DNA of 64,000 nucleotides from an uncultured bacterium (GTDB lineage Bacteria; Chloroflexota; UBA5177; JANWHV01): NCBI GenBank assembly GCA_963827235.1, contig CAWHAE010000009.1, positions 960,001 to 1,024,000 of the forward strand, read 5' to 3'. Shown piece by piece: positions 30,807 to 41,142 of this stretch (position 1 is its first letter; each line of letters starts with the position of its first letter). The notes under the pieces were generated by a model. It saw only the letters and a program-made list of their open reading frames with translations, ran no database searches and was not told where the DNA came from. The position numbers and the translations under genes were made by a program.

Positions 30807-31130
30807 ATGCCCCAGCCACGCCGCTATCAGGACAACGCCGCCAAGCAACGCGCCTACCGCACGCGCCAGGAACAGGCCCGGCGCGAGGAGCAACAGGCCA
30901 AGGGACTGCCGCCCGCCCCGCCGTTGCCGACCCTGCCCAGCCGCGAACGCTGGCAGGCGCTCCTCACCCAGGCGCGGCTGGCCCTAGAAACCGCGCGCGA
31001 CGAAATGCACGCATATTACGACGACCGGTCCGACGCCTGGCAGCAGGGCGAGCGTGCGGCGACACTCGCCGAGGAGATCGAGCAGCTGGACGTGATCCTG
31101 GAGGAACTTGAGGCAGTGCTATTGCCTTAA
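30807..31130 (+). CDS. Element ORF4, small helical hypothetical protein
   Basis: GGGAG RBS. Basic N-terminus (RRYQDNAAKQRAYRTRQ) and acidic helical C-terminus. Confidence 0.75.
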   Translation: MPQPRRYQDNAAKQRAYRTRQEQARREEQQAKGLPPAPPLPTLPSRERWQALLTQARLALETARDEMHAYYDDRSDAWQQGERAATLAEEIEQLDVILEELEAVLLP

Positions 31131-31150
31131 ACGCCCAACGCAGCGGCTGA

Positions 31151-31174
31151 CGTGCCCGCTGATAGGCGGGCACG
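31151..31174. other. Perfect 9-bp stem-loop near the element right end
   Basis: CGTGCCCGC-TGATAG-GCGGGCACG, with no U-tract. Confidence 0.7.
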
Positions 31175-31211
31175 CCTCATCAAAGGAGATGCATTCGAAT
31201 GGGCTCACTGA

Positions 31212-31425
31212 GATCTACTTCTCTATCGTCCAACGCAAGGTGCTCAGCCCCAATGACTTCGCCGACCTGGCGGCGGTGGAGCAGCGCTTGCTCGCCTTCG
31301 AGGGCCTCTACAATCACACGGCGCAGCCCTTCGCCTGGAAGTTCACCCGGCCGGACCTCGAGCGGCGGCTGGCGCAACTGCGGCCAGTCCAGCAGCATGA
31401 ACCTGTCCTGGATCAGGCCGCCTAA
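31212..31425 (+). CDS. IS630 transposase, 3' part
   Basis: (E)IYFSIVQRKVLSPNDF..YNHTAQPFAWKFT, a typical IS630 C-terminus. Confidence 0.92.
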
Positions 31426-31453
31426 CCCTACTGCTGTTTATGAAAAGGTCCAC

Positions 31454-32300
31454 TAAGCGACGCCTCGAGGTGGCTTCCGGCAGTTTCCAGCTGGTTCGCG
31501 GCGGTGTCGAGCCGGCCGAGGACGCGATGTGCCGCGAGCAGGGCCAGCGGCTGTCGTGGCGTCGCGGCACACTCCAGTGCATGCGCTGCCCGCTCGGCAG
31601 CGCTATCCGGCCTTGCGGCGGCGTGAAGGCAGGCTGCCCAACCGAGGTGCCTCTCCGCCCGGCCCAACACCGCCCCGCTCCAGGAAAGCCAGCGGTCGTG
31701 AGCTTCCAGCCAGGCGCGCGCGGCAGGGAGATTGCCCGACGCGATGGCCAGGCCTGCCGCGACCAGCCTGCAGGTCAGGTCCATTGGACAGCCAGGTATC
31801 GCCGGCCTGGGAGCCGAGCCCGGCAGGCAGCACCACCATGACCTCTGCCCACGCAAGGTCGATCTCGCCCGTGTACAGAGCGAGAGGTCCAAGCACTCGC
31901 GCGGCAAAGAGCCGCTAGTTGATGATCCCTTCCGCGGCCGCGGCCTCCAGCGCCGCCCTGCGCGCCTCCGACCACCGTCCGCTCAGGAACAATAGCGGAA
32001 TATGGGCCAGGACCGGCGACGGATCGGTCCACACGCCGCTGGAACGCGACCAGTCCTGCTCAGCCTGGACGGCGAGTTGCTGTCGTACGGCCGGCTGGTC
32101 TGCCAGAAACGGAACAGCAACTCCCTGCAGCTCGAAGGCCGCGGTGGTAGCCCACTGATAGTGGTGCTCGACACTCTAGAAGATTTTCCGAGCCCGCGCG
32201 AATGCCTGGCAAGCGTCGTCGAGCCTGCCGAGGGCTGCGTATGCGACGCCCAGTGCCTGACAAGCATCGCCGAGGACGAACCACCGGGGTGACGATGTGC
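31454..32300 (-). pseudogene. Upstream remnant of the LuxR/MalT-type regulator (5'-truncated, frameshifts and stops)
   Basis: TPR-like helices (LGDACQALGVAYAALGRLDDACQAF; AARAWLEAHDRWLSWSGAVLGRAE). In-frame TAGs at 32176-32178 and 31915-31917. Frame changes near 31900 and 31770. Confidence 0.75.
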
Positions 32301-32364
32301 GAGAACCGTACAGACGGGCATCATATGCGCGCGCTGCCGACGTGGTACCCGGCGTGGCTTGCTT

Positions 32365-35014
32365 CTAGACGGCGCTCACCGCTGCCATGAGTGCGCAGAG
32401 CACGACCGGCGGCACGAGAAGCAGCAGCCACGTGCGCGTGCCGGGACCGTCCTTGACGCGCGTGGCGCCGCCGTGGTCGGCCCGGCGCAGGGCGAAATAG
32501 GTGGCGGGCAATGAAGAGCACGCAGAAGGCGCCGAGGGCGCCCCAGTACCCCAGAAGGTGCGCCTGGTCCGGCGAGGCATACATCTCCTTGGGCCAGCCG
32601 GCAGTGAGGTCGGTCAGGCTAGGATTGTGCGCGTAGGGCAGCGCCTGGCCGCTTCCGGGCACGCGCGTGACCAGGTCGTTGATCTTGACGGTAGAACCGA
32701 GGGCGGCGAGACACCAGTGGCTGATGGTCAGGTAGGAGAGCAGCTTGGCCCAGCCCGTGAGGTCGAAGACAGCACCACTGAATATCACCTGCGGGATCAG
32801 CACGATGGGCACAATGGTCATGGCACGGTCGGTAGAGCGCACGAGACTGGAGATCAGCAGCCCGCCCAGCAGCCCTGCGGCCGCGCAGAGCACGAGGCTG
32901 ACTACCATCTCCACGGGTGCCGGCAGCAGAATGCCCTGCGTCGGCAGGTGCGGCGTCTTCAGGCGGACAATGCAGAAGAGCACGACAGTCTGCAGGATGG
33001 CCAGAATGGTCAGCACGCCGACCTTGGAGAGGATGTAGGGGAAGAGCTGCAGGTTGATGAGCCGTTCTCGCAGGTAGACAGCCCGCTCTTTGACGATCTC
33101 GCGGGCAGCATTGCTCATGCTGAACCAGAGCGTGGCGACGGCAAGCATGAGCAGCACCTGCTGGGTGTTGTTGATCTTGCTGGACGTGTAGAGCTCGCGA
33201 GAGGTAACCACGACGAGCGCGCAGGCCACGATGGGGGTCTGGGCGAGGAGCAGCGACAGATTCACCCTGTCCAGGCACACCAGCTCGGCGTAGCGTTCGC
33301 TGAGGATCTTCCATTGGCGGACCGCCGAGGCGTGGAGCCGGCGGTGCCCGGCCGGCGGGGAGACCGCGGCGTCGGGCAGCGCGGGCAGATTGCTCATGGT
33401 CTGCCGCTCGAGCACGTAGGCGCGGAAGAAGGGCGAGCGACGGAATCGCAACTCCTCAAGATCCGACTTCTTGATATCGGCGAGCCTGGTGTAGATGTCG
33501 GGGAAGCCGCCGGCGCCGAAGTATGCCGGGGCATCGGTGGGCGGCCCATAATAGACGAGGCGGCCTCCCGCCAGGAAGGCGACCAGGTCGCACCGGCCGA
33601 TGTTCTCGGTAGCGTGCGTGACGAGCACGATCGTACGACCCTGCTCGGAGAGGTCGCGGAGCAGACCCATGACCGCCTTGTCCAGTCCCGGGTCGAGGCC
33701 AGACGTCGGCTCGTCGAGAAAGAGGACGCTGGGGTTGGCGAGCAGCTCCACGGCGATGCTGACCCGTTTTCGCTGGCCGCCGGACAGCCTGCTGATTTGC
33801 TGGTCTCGCTGGGGCGCCATCTGCACCTCGGCCAGCACGGAGTCGATGCGGCGCTCGCGCTCGCCGGCGGAGGTGTCCGGCGGCAGACGAAGGCGCGCGG
33901 CATAGGCCAGGGCGCGACCCACGGTGAGCTCGCGGTGCAAGATGTCGTCCTGCGGAACGTAGCCGATCAGACCACCGAACGCCGTGGTACCGCGGTATAT
34001 GTCGCGGCCGTTGTAGAGTACCGCGCCTTCCTGAGCGGGCGCCACACCGGCCAGAGCGAGCAGGAGCGTCGACTTGCCGGCGCCGCTGCCGCCGATCAGC
34101 GCCACGAACTCCTGCGGCAGGACGCTGATCGAGACGTGGTCAAGGAGCACCTTGCCCGCCCGGCCACCGGCACGGCGCACCAATTCGACGGCGTCGAGCC
34201 GCACGCTGGGCTGCTCGTCTACCTGCTCGAGGGCATCACCCTGGAAGGCAAAGCGTACAGGGCCGATCTGGATCTCGTCGCCGACCTGCAGCTCGTGCAG
34301 AAGCCGGATGCGCCGGCCGCCGACGAAGGTGCCGTTGGTGCTGCGCAGATCGTGCACGAGCATATGGTGTTCGAGGTGCTCGAGCTGGGCGTGGAATCGC
34401 GAGACGAGCGGGTGGTCGACCACCACGTCGTTGCCGGGATCGCGTCCAATGGTCAGCGTGTCCTGCGCGGGACCGAAGCGAATGTCCACCGCACGACCGG
34501 CGAATCGTCCAAGCGCCCTGCCGCGGGCGATGGGGCGCAAGGCAAAGCTGATTGCTTTGCCAAGGCTGTTCGGGGCGTAGATCGGCACATCCGCCGTGAG
34601 CAGGGCCTCGCTCACCTTGACGCCGCCCGCGATCAGGCCACGGGCATGATGGAGATCGCGGATCAGGAAGTTGCCCTTGCGAGCCGCGACTTCCAGCCAG
34701 ACGGCGGCAAATGCGGGATCCTCGACGCGAAGATCGCACGCCGTGCCGGTGCCGATGCGCAGGGCGAGAGCGTCGAGCGGGCGTACTTGTTCCATCCCGC
34801 CGGGCAGTCTCATGACCAGGCAGAACTCTGCTGCCGGCGCGGGCTGCCCGTCCGTCCGGCCAAGCACCTGAGTTCCACCGGCGGCGGGCTGCCTCAAGGG
34901 AGCGCCGCACGAGCCACAGAAGCGAGATCCATGGCGCAGATCAGCGCCGCAACTCGCGCATTGCACGGCCGTGCTCCTCTCGCGGGCGACGAGTCCGCAT
35001 GAGCCGGACTGCAC
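32365..35014 (-). CDS. FHA-domain ABC transporter ATPase/permease (Rv1747-like) with an N-terminal zinc ribbon; +1 frameshift near 32506
   Basis: FHA IGRDPGND..VSRFHA..STNGTF, Walker A GGSGAGKS, LSGGQRKR, LDEPTSGLD and an ABC2 membrane domain. An extra C in ATT GCC C GCC ACC moves the last TM helices into ORF 32365-32580. Confidence 0.9.
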
Positions 35015-35202
35015 AGGCGCCAGCGGAATTCGCGTGCTTCTCGTCCGCCAGTGCCAACCTGGAGGTAGTATACGGTGCGCCAGCGGCAGAACATATGGCT
35101 CGATTGATGCGCCGGCCGCTCGATACGGCGAGCGGCCCCATGCACGGTGTCGCTGACTCGTGCCCGGACATGCACGTGGCTCGATGGCAGCGTATGCACC
35201 GC

Positions 35203-37611
35203 TCAGGCGGAAAGCTGCAGATCTCTGGCCGGGAGCTCGCCGTCCTTGCCGTCCACGGCGGGGGCTCCGCCGGTGCGCCAGACGACCGGATATGCCGATG
35301 ACTGCACCATCGCCTGCCCAGACAGCAACGTCAGCCTACCTGCTTTCAGGGCCTGCTCGAAGGCAGCCACGACCTTGGGATGGAACTGCGTGCCCCTGCC
35401 TTCGAGTATGCGCCTCCGGGCCTCTTCCAGGGGGAGAGCCGGGCGATAGGTACGGCTGCTGGTCATGGCATCGAGCGAGTCGGCGACCATCAGGATGGTG
35501 GCATCGAGAGGAATGTCTTCGCCGCGCAGCCCATCGGGATAGCCCGTGCCGTCCCAGCGCTCGTGATGGTGCCGCACGGCGGGAAGAATGTCGTGCAGGA
35601 ATGGCACCGACGCAAGCATGCGCTCGCCCGTGAGCGTGTGCTGCCGAATAACGACGAACTCCTGTGGGCTCAACTTAGAGGGCTTGGCGAGGATGGCATC
35701 GGGCACGCCGATCTTGCCGACATCATGCAGCAGTCCGGCCAGCTCCACGCGAGCGATATCATCCGGCGTTCGCTGCATGAGCCTGGCCAACACGCCGGCG
35801 TAGGCGCTGACACGCTGCGAGTGGCCGCGTGTATAGGTGTCCTTGGCGTCGACCGCGGCGGCGAGAGCGGCAACGGTGGCGAGGTTGGCGTGCTCGAGCT
35901 GGGCCGCGAGCGAGGCGGGGTCCCGATCGAGCGTGAAGGCCGCGTCCTCGGGCCGTCCCACGCGGCCCTTGCCTGCATGCTTGGCGGCGTAGGCCGCCTG
36001 GTCCGCGGCTCGTATGAGCTCTTCACGCGACAGGGCATGCAACGGGAGCGCGGCGACGCCGATGCTGGCGTGCACGCAGATGGTCAGAGCGCCGTCCACC
36101 ACCACGAGCGACTCTATTGCTCCGCGCAGCCGCTCGGCGAGCCCCAAGGCGTCCTCCATCGAGGTCTCAGGCAGTATGACGACGAACTCGTCGCCGCCGT
36201 AGCGCGCGGCCACGTCCTGCGCCCGCACGGTACGGCGTATGGCAGTGGCGACCGCCGACAGCGTCGCGTCGCCGACCTGATGGCCATAGGCATTGTTGAT
36301 GGTGCCGAAGTCGTCCATGTCTGCCATCAGCAGGGTCAGGGGATGGGCGCCGCGATGCGCGCGCGCTACTTCTTCTTCCAGCCGCGTTTGAAACGCCCGA
36401 TGGTTGAGCAGGCCGGTCAGCCCGTCCTCCGATGCCTGGGCGAGCGCACGCTCGTGCATTCTCGCATTTTGCAGGGCAATGGCCCCTTGCGTGGCCAGGA
36501 TGGTCAGGGCGTCGCATTCGTCATGTCCCAGCTCTGGGGCCTCGCCGCTGAGCAGAAGAACGCCGTCGACACCGGCGCCATCGGACTCAAGCAGGATCGG
36601 TACCACCATGCCGACGTCGCCGAGCATCGTCTCCTGCATCTGCGTGCCGGCTTGGTATACCGGGAGATCCGCTGGACCCGAGCAGGCGGCCTCAGGCGGC
36701 ACGACTACCACGCGCTTCAGCATGGTGGGATCTTCCTCGTCGTGGAGATAGCCCGTGACGGCCTCAGCGCCGGAGATAGTGCATGCAGCCTCGGCGAGTG
36801 GCTGCAGGAGGTCGGCCTGGGTGTGCTGGAGGCGCAGGCGTTGGCCGGCGGTCAGTACCGCCTCAAGCTGGCCGCTACGCTTGCGCAATGCTTCGCTCTG
36901 TTCCTCCGCCTGGGATATGGCGTTGAACGCTACGCGCACGGCGACCACGGGAAACGCGGCAAAGGCCAGGGCGAGCGGGTCGAAGCGCCACATGATCACG
37001 GCTATCACGCCGATCGAGCTGCCGGCGAGCTCCGGCAGAAAGGCAGGCCGGTAGGACTGCCACCAGATCTGCCAGGGCGAGCACCGGCGCAGGAAGGCAA
37101 GGACGCCGATCATCAGACTGACGTCCAGCACGTAGAACAGCACCAGGAGGAGCGCCAGGGCCGGCATGGCGGAGGCCATCCGGCCGGGCTGCAACAGGTG
37201 CGTCGGCCGTACGGCCAGCGAGGAGAGACCCATGGTCAGCCCGACGACGACCGTGGGGTGGCTGACGTTGAAGGCGCGTCTATAGACCGGCGAGCCGGGC
37301 CTGAGGGCCTCGGAGGCCAGGGACGACACAAAGGTGAGCAGCACGGGAAGCGGAGACGGCAGAAGCAGGATGGCGCCGACGTGCACGGGCGTGGCCAGAT
37401 CCTGCGTCACGGACCGATTTACCTGCAGGACCATGTAGTGACCGGTGAAGGCGATCACCGTGAACAGGACGGCTGCTTTGAACACATCGTGCGGCTCGCC
37501 ATTCCAGCCCTGCCTGACCAGGAATACGACGGTCAATCCACCGACCAGCGCCAGGCAGGCCAGATTCAAGCAGCGGAGATACCAGCGGAGTGCTACCGGC
37601 AGCTCTTGCAT
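35203..37611 (-). CDS. Membrane-anchored GAF-like plus GGDEF plus HD-GYP c-di-GMP signalling protein
   Basis: Multiple N-terminal TM helices, DGLTGLLN, RYGGDEF, GHSQRV, LLHDVGK and HHERWDGTGYP. Confidence 0.93.
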   Translation of the reverse strand: MQELPVALRWYLRCLNLACLALVGGLTVVFLVRQGWNGEPHDVFKAAVLFTVIAFTGHYMVLQVNRSVTQDLATPVHVGAILLLPSPLPVLLTFVSSLASEALRPGSPVYRRAFNVSHPTVVVGLTMGLSSLAVRPTHLLQPGRMASAMPALALLLVLFYVLDVSLMIGVLAFLRRCSPWQIWWQSYRPAFLPELAGSSIGVIAVIMWRFDPLALAFAAFPVVAVRVAFNAISQAEEQSEALRKRSGQLEAVLTAGQRLRLQHTQADLLQPLAEAACTISGAEAVTGYLHDEEDPTMLKRVVVVPPEAACSGPADLPVYQAGTQMQETMLGDVGMVVPILLESDGAGVDGVLLLSGEAPELGHDECDALTILATQGAIALQNARMHERALAQASEDGLTGLLNHRAFQTRLEEEVARAHRGAHPLTLLMADMDDFGTINNAYGHQVGDATLSAVATAIRRTVRAQDVAARYGGDEFVVILPETSMEDALGLAERLRGAIESLVVVDGALTICVHASIGVAALPLHALSREELIRAADQAAYAAKHAGKGRVGRPEDAAFTLDRDPASLAAQLEHANLATVAALAAAVDAKDTYTRGHSQRVSAYAGVLARLMQRTPDDIARVELAGLLHDVGKIGVPDAILAKPSKLSPQEFVVIRQHTLTGERMLASVPFLHDILPAVRHHHERWDGTGYPDGLRGEDIPLDATILMVADSLDAMTSSRTYRPALPLEEARRRILEGRGTQFHPKVVAAFEQALKAGRLTLLSGQAMVQSSAYPVVWRTGGAPAVDGKDGELPARDLQLSA

Positions 37612-38344
37612 GGCCGGCTCAACTTGCCGGTGTAGGGACAACGGTGCCGAGAAGCGCTGCCGGAGCACTGCCGCTCGCGCTGCGCGCCTGGAGTGCAGGC
37701 CGGACGGCACGCGGTGCGGCCGACGAGTTGCCGGGACGCCGTGAAAGAGCGACGGGATGCCGGAATGGACCGGCTTCTACGCGTGCAAGGCCGGGTGCTT
37801 GGGGCAGCGAACCGACGAGCAGCACAATTCCTCCTGAGCTTCACGCCGGCCACTGGAACCGGCGCCGGACAGGCCACGTTTCTCAGCGGTCCAGCGTGCC
37901 GCGCGGCGCCGTACCCGCGCGTGCGCGGTGGACAGCACGCACGAGTATGGTTGCAATGGCAACAGGACCCTGGTGCACGTAGCATCGAGATCATCGAGCC
38001 GAGATCACGACGACGTGGCGCGCGATGCCGCAGCGCCGCCCACGACCACGCCGAACGCGGTGTGCTTCTGCTGTCCGGCTCCCAGCGTGCGGGCGAAGGT
38101 AGCGGACGGGGCCGGGCATACGGAGCACTCCGACTCTAGTATGAGCTCGGTATGCCGGTTGGTCAGCACCCATCCGGGGGTGCCTGTTGGGAGTAGATCT
38201 GAGGAGCGGCATGCTCACTCCCGGCGGGCGGGAGCATGGCACGCCCGTGGACAAGGGTGCTATCGCATAGGACTGTATAGGAACCTATACTGGCTGGCAG
38301 GGAAACCATATAGGCCGCATGGCCCGGTCCGCGGGAGAGGAACT

Positions 38345-39400
38345 ATGGCACGGCGTCTGGTGACCGCTCTGGTGCTGGCTCTCGGCATGGCAGGCTCGTG
38401 CCTGGGGCCCGCGGCAGCGGTCACCGCTGTCGCCGACCCCCTGCCGGCTGTGGAGCAGCAGATCGCGAAGCAGTTGCACGCGCACGCGACGACGTTCGAG
38501 ATTGCACTGGGACCGGTGCCATTCAAGTCCGTCGAGCCCGCGTTCCTGGCTGCGCTGGCCGAAGACGAGTATGTGGAGCAAGACTACCGCTCCATGGCGT
38601 GGGACGGGGTATCGAGCGGTGACGCCGAGACGGTGACTTTCCATGTGCAGTATTGGGAGGACGCCGCGCAGTACGCCTATGTGATGGCCAAGCTGCGAGC
38701 GATGGTGGGCACGCTCACCACGACGTCGATGACCGACGTGGGGAAGGAGAAAGCGATCCATGACTACATGGTGCTACATCTGGCATATGATGGGAGCCAA
38801 ACGCATCGGAGCCCCTACGATGCGCTGAAGCTGGGGATAACGGTGTGCCAGGGGTACGCGATGATCGCCTATCAGATGCTCAAAGATGCCGGCATCGCAG
38901 TGCGTCTCCTTACCGGCGGCTCGCATGCCTGGAACCTGGTGCAAGTGGGAGGACATTGGTACCACCTTGACGTGACCTGGGACGATCCGTATCCGGATCA
39001 GCCGGGCAAGGTCAGCTATGCGTACTTCAACCTCAGCGACTGAGAGGCGCTGCGCGACCACACCTGGACCGATGGCGGCGTTCCGGCGGCCGGTACCGAT
39101 TTCGTGGCCTGGCTGAGCGCGCTCGCTGGCCGGGCGTCGCCGGCAGGGGCTGTGGCACGGCGGTTGCTGTCGTCCACGGGCCTGTACCTGGAGACGCCGG
39201 CTTACACCTACCACTCGCCGGCAGAGATTCAGAAGGCGGTAGGCGGCAGCACGGGATGCACGGTGTCGTTTCGCTATCCGCTTGCCACGATAGGCCGCGA
39301 CGTGGAGAGCGTGCAAGTGAGCGGGTACCAGGTGTCGTGGCAGACGGACAGGCGGGATCCGCTGTACGTGCTGGTTACGTTTTCGCGTTCCTGTTCCTGA
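38345..39400 (+). pseudogene. Secreted transglutaminase-like protein with an in-frame TGA at 39041-39043
   Basis: Signal peptide and catalytic VCQGYA / HAWNLV / HLDVTWDD. The sequence reads NLSD*EALRDHTW and continues in frame to 39400. Confidence 0.8.
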
Positions 39401-39646
39401 AGGCGCAACCAGCGTGACCGACGTCACGCTGGTTGCCGGAGCACAGCCTCGCGCCGAGGCAGGCGCAGGCCGGGACGTGTCGGGACCAGCCGTTTGCCGT
39501 CACTCCAGGCACACCGTCGCAGGTGCGGCGCACCACTCCGGCAGCTCGCGGGGCGAATCGCATTCATCCGCGCACAGCGGGCCGACGCATGCGATAGACC
39601 GCTCCCGCACCGGCGGCGATATCTCGCCGACCTGTGGCTCGCGTAC

Positions 39647-40558
39647 TCAGGCGTTGAACACGATCGCCCGGCTTAGATTGCGCGGCGCATCAGGGTCGAC
39701 GCCGCGCTTCTCGGCTATGCGCACCGAGAGGAGCTGCGCCTGGATCAGCGAGACCAACGGGTCGTCGCCGGTGCAGCGGAGCGTGGCGCCTGTTCGCCGC
39801 ACGTCGTCCATCACCGCGGCACTGAGCGAGTCATCCGGATCGTCGAAACACCAGACCAGGGTGTTGGAGTCTGCGCACGAAATCGGCCCGTGACGATACT
39901 CGAGGGTCTGCTGCGCCTCGGGCGGGAGCTGCGCGGTCTCCTGCAGGTTCATGGCGGCGGCGAGGGCAAGCGGATAGTGCCACCCACGCCCGAGGAACAC
40001 GTAGTGACCGAAGCGGGCAAGCGAGGTGGGATCGAACTCGCGTAGACCGCGCTCGACCAGGTCGGGCAGACTCTCAAGCTGCGGGTAGAGGCTGGGGCCG
40101 CCGACCAGCATGCGAAGGGCCAGCAAACTCGCGCTGATGAACCGCGTCTGAATGGTGCCGTGCTCGGGAGCGAATTCCAGCGGGAGGGCCACCGAGGCCT
40201 GAGCGCGTGCCGGGGAGCCCGGCTCGCCTTCGATGAGCGCGACGTCCAGACCGGCCGCTCGCGCACGAGCCATCGCCTCGACGACCTCGGTGGTCTGTCC
40301 GGTCCGGCTGATGGCGACGTTGGACCAGCCCTTGCGCGGAAGATACTCCGACCCCATGATGCCCTGGGCGGGGAACCCGGTCGAGCGCTCGTACAACGAG
40401 GCGGCGGCCATGCCGACGAACAGCGACGTGCCGCAGCCGATGAAGGCTGTTGGTCCCTGCAAGACGGGCGAGAGCAGCGGCGCGTATTCACGCGTGCGAG
40501 CCAGTGTCTGCCGCAGCGCCGAAGGGCTGCTGAGTATTTCCTGCTCGACGAACTTCAT
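39647..40558 (-). CDS. SIS-domain sugar-phosphate isomerase/deaminase (GlmS/AgaS/FrlB-like)
   Basis: EILSSP, GCGTS, ISRTGQTTE, FLGRG, EYRHGP and PDAPRNLSR. Confidence 0.9.
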   Translation of the reverse strand: MKFVEQEILSSPSALRQTLARTREYAPLLSPVLQGPTAFIGCGTSLFVGMAAASLYERSTGFPAQGIMGSEYLPRKGWSNVAISRTGQTTEVVEAMARARAAGLDVALIEGEPGSPARAQASVALPLEFAPEHGTIQTRFISASLLALRMLVGGPSLYPQLESLPDLVERGLREFDPTSLARFGHYVFLGRGWHYPLALAAAMNLQETAQLPPEAQQTLEYRHGPISCADSNTLVWCFDDPDDSLSAAVMDDVRRTGATLRCTGDDPLVSLIQAQLLSVRIAEKRGVDPDAPRNLSRAIVFNA

Positions 40559-41142
40559 GTGTGGTGCCTCCCGATCAGCGTTGATATACCGTGGACCCGC
40601 CCCATGGCAGGTACCGGCGGTGGGCCGCAGGGCTTCAGGTCCCGGATGGACTTCGTTGTGCTTCTTTCCTGCGCCGCTTTGACGACAGTCTCCACCCTCT
40701 GGGTGCAGATTGCAAAGGTGCCCGAGGGGCCGAGTGCGAGCGGAGCGCTATCGGCGAGCGCGAGGCCGGCCTTCCATGCGGGGCCCGCGAGAGCGGCAAG
40801 CGGGACGAGTGCAAACACAGTACTGCCGGCTCCGGTCGGAATGCAGCGCTCCATCATTTGCCTATCCCAGCGCGGTCTCATGAGTCGGCCAAACTAGGAG
40901 TACAATACACCGAGCTGTCTGGTGTGTCAAGAACGAAACTGGTCGTTTTCGGCATGAATCGGCCAAACGATCTGATACAAAGCACGGGTGTAGCCGGCGT
41001 GACGGACGAGGCGGGCAAGATGCCAGCGGCCGGGGGCCGATGCCAGTGCGCTGCGTGCCTTGAACGGTCCCGGTCTGTGCAAACAACTTTCACTGCTTGA
41101 CCGGTCGTGGTACAATCTGACGCTGTCTAGGGAGGTACGCCA

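Larger units (their letters stand above)
27951..31211 (+). mobile_element. 3261-bp large-serine-recombinase element inserted into the IS630 transposase
   Basis: Junctions AACCAAATC-GA-accaag (GA 27949-27950) and ctcact-GA-GATCTACTTC (GA 31210-31211). No TIR or longer TSD. Excision gives N-Q-I-E-I-Y-F-S. It encodes an LSR and small ORFs. Confidence 0.9.
26899..31453 (+). mobile_element. IS630-family insertion sequence (1294 bp without the nested element)
   Basis: Imperfect terminal IRs: GTGGTCGCTTTCACAA and the reverse complement GTGGACCTTTTCATAA. TAA is duplicated at 26896-26898 and 31454-31456. DDE transposase inside. Removal restores the host gene frame. Confidence 0.93.

Noticed and set aside
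27951-31211. Interpretation of the insert as a group I/II intron, IStron or prophage
   Set aside because: No reverse transcriptase, TnpB, ribozyme-sized noncoding region or phage genes. The 2-bp core and LSR explain the junctions.
31108-31425. 105-aa ORF as an independent gene
   Set aside because: It is a chimera of the LSR element right end and the IS630 transposase C-terminus.
37619-37825. 68-aa ORF with an AGGAGG RBS just upstream of the GGDEF/HD-GYP gene
   Set aside because: Low-complexity sequence with no family resemblance. It could be a leader ORF but I cannot support that.
40555-40881. 108-aa ORF overlapping the SIS gene start
   Set aside because: Possibly a remnant of a sugar-metabolism gene, but no motif I can identify.
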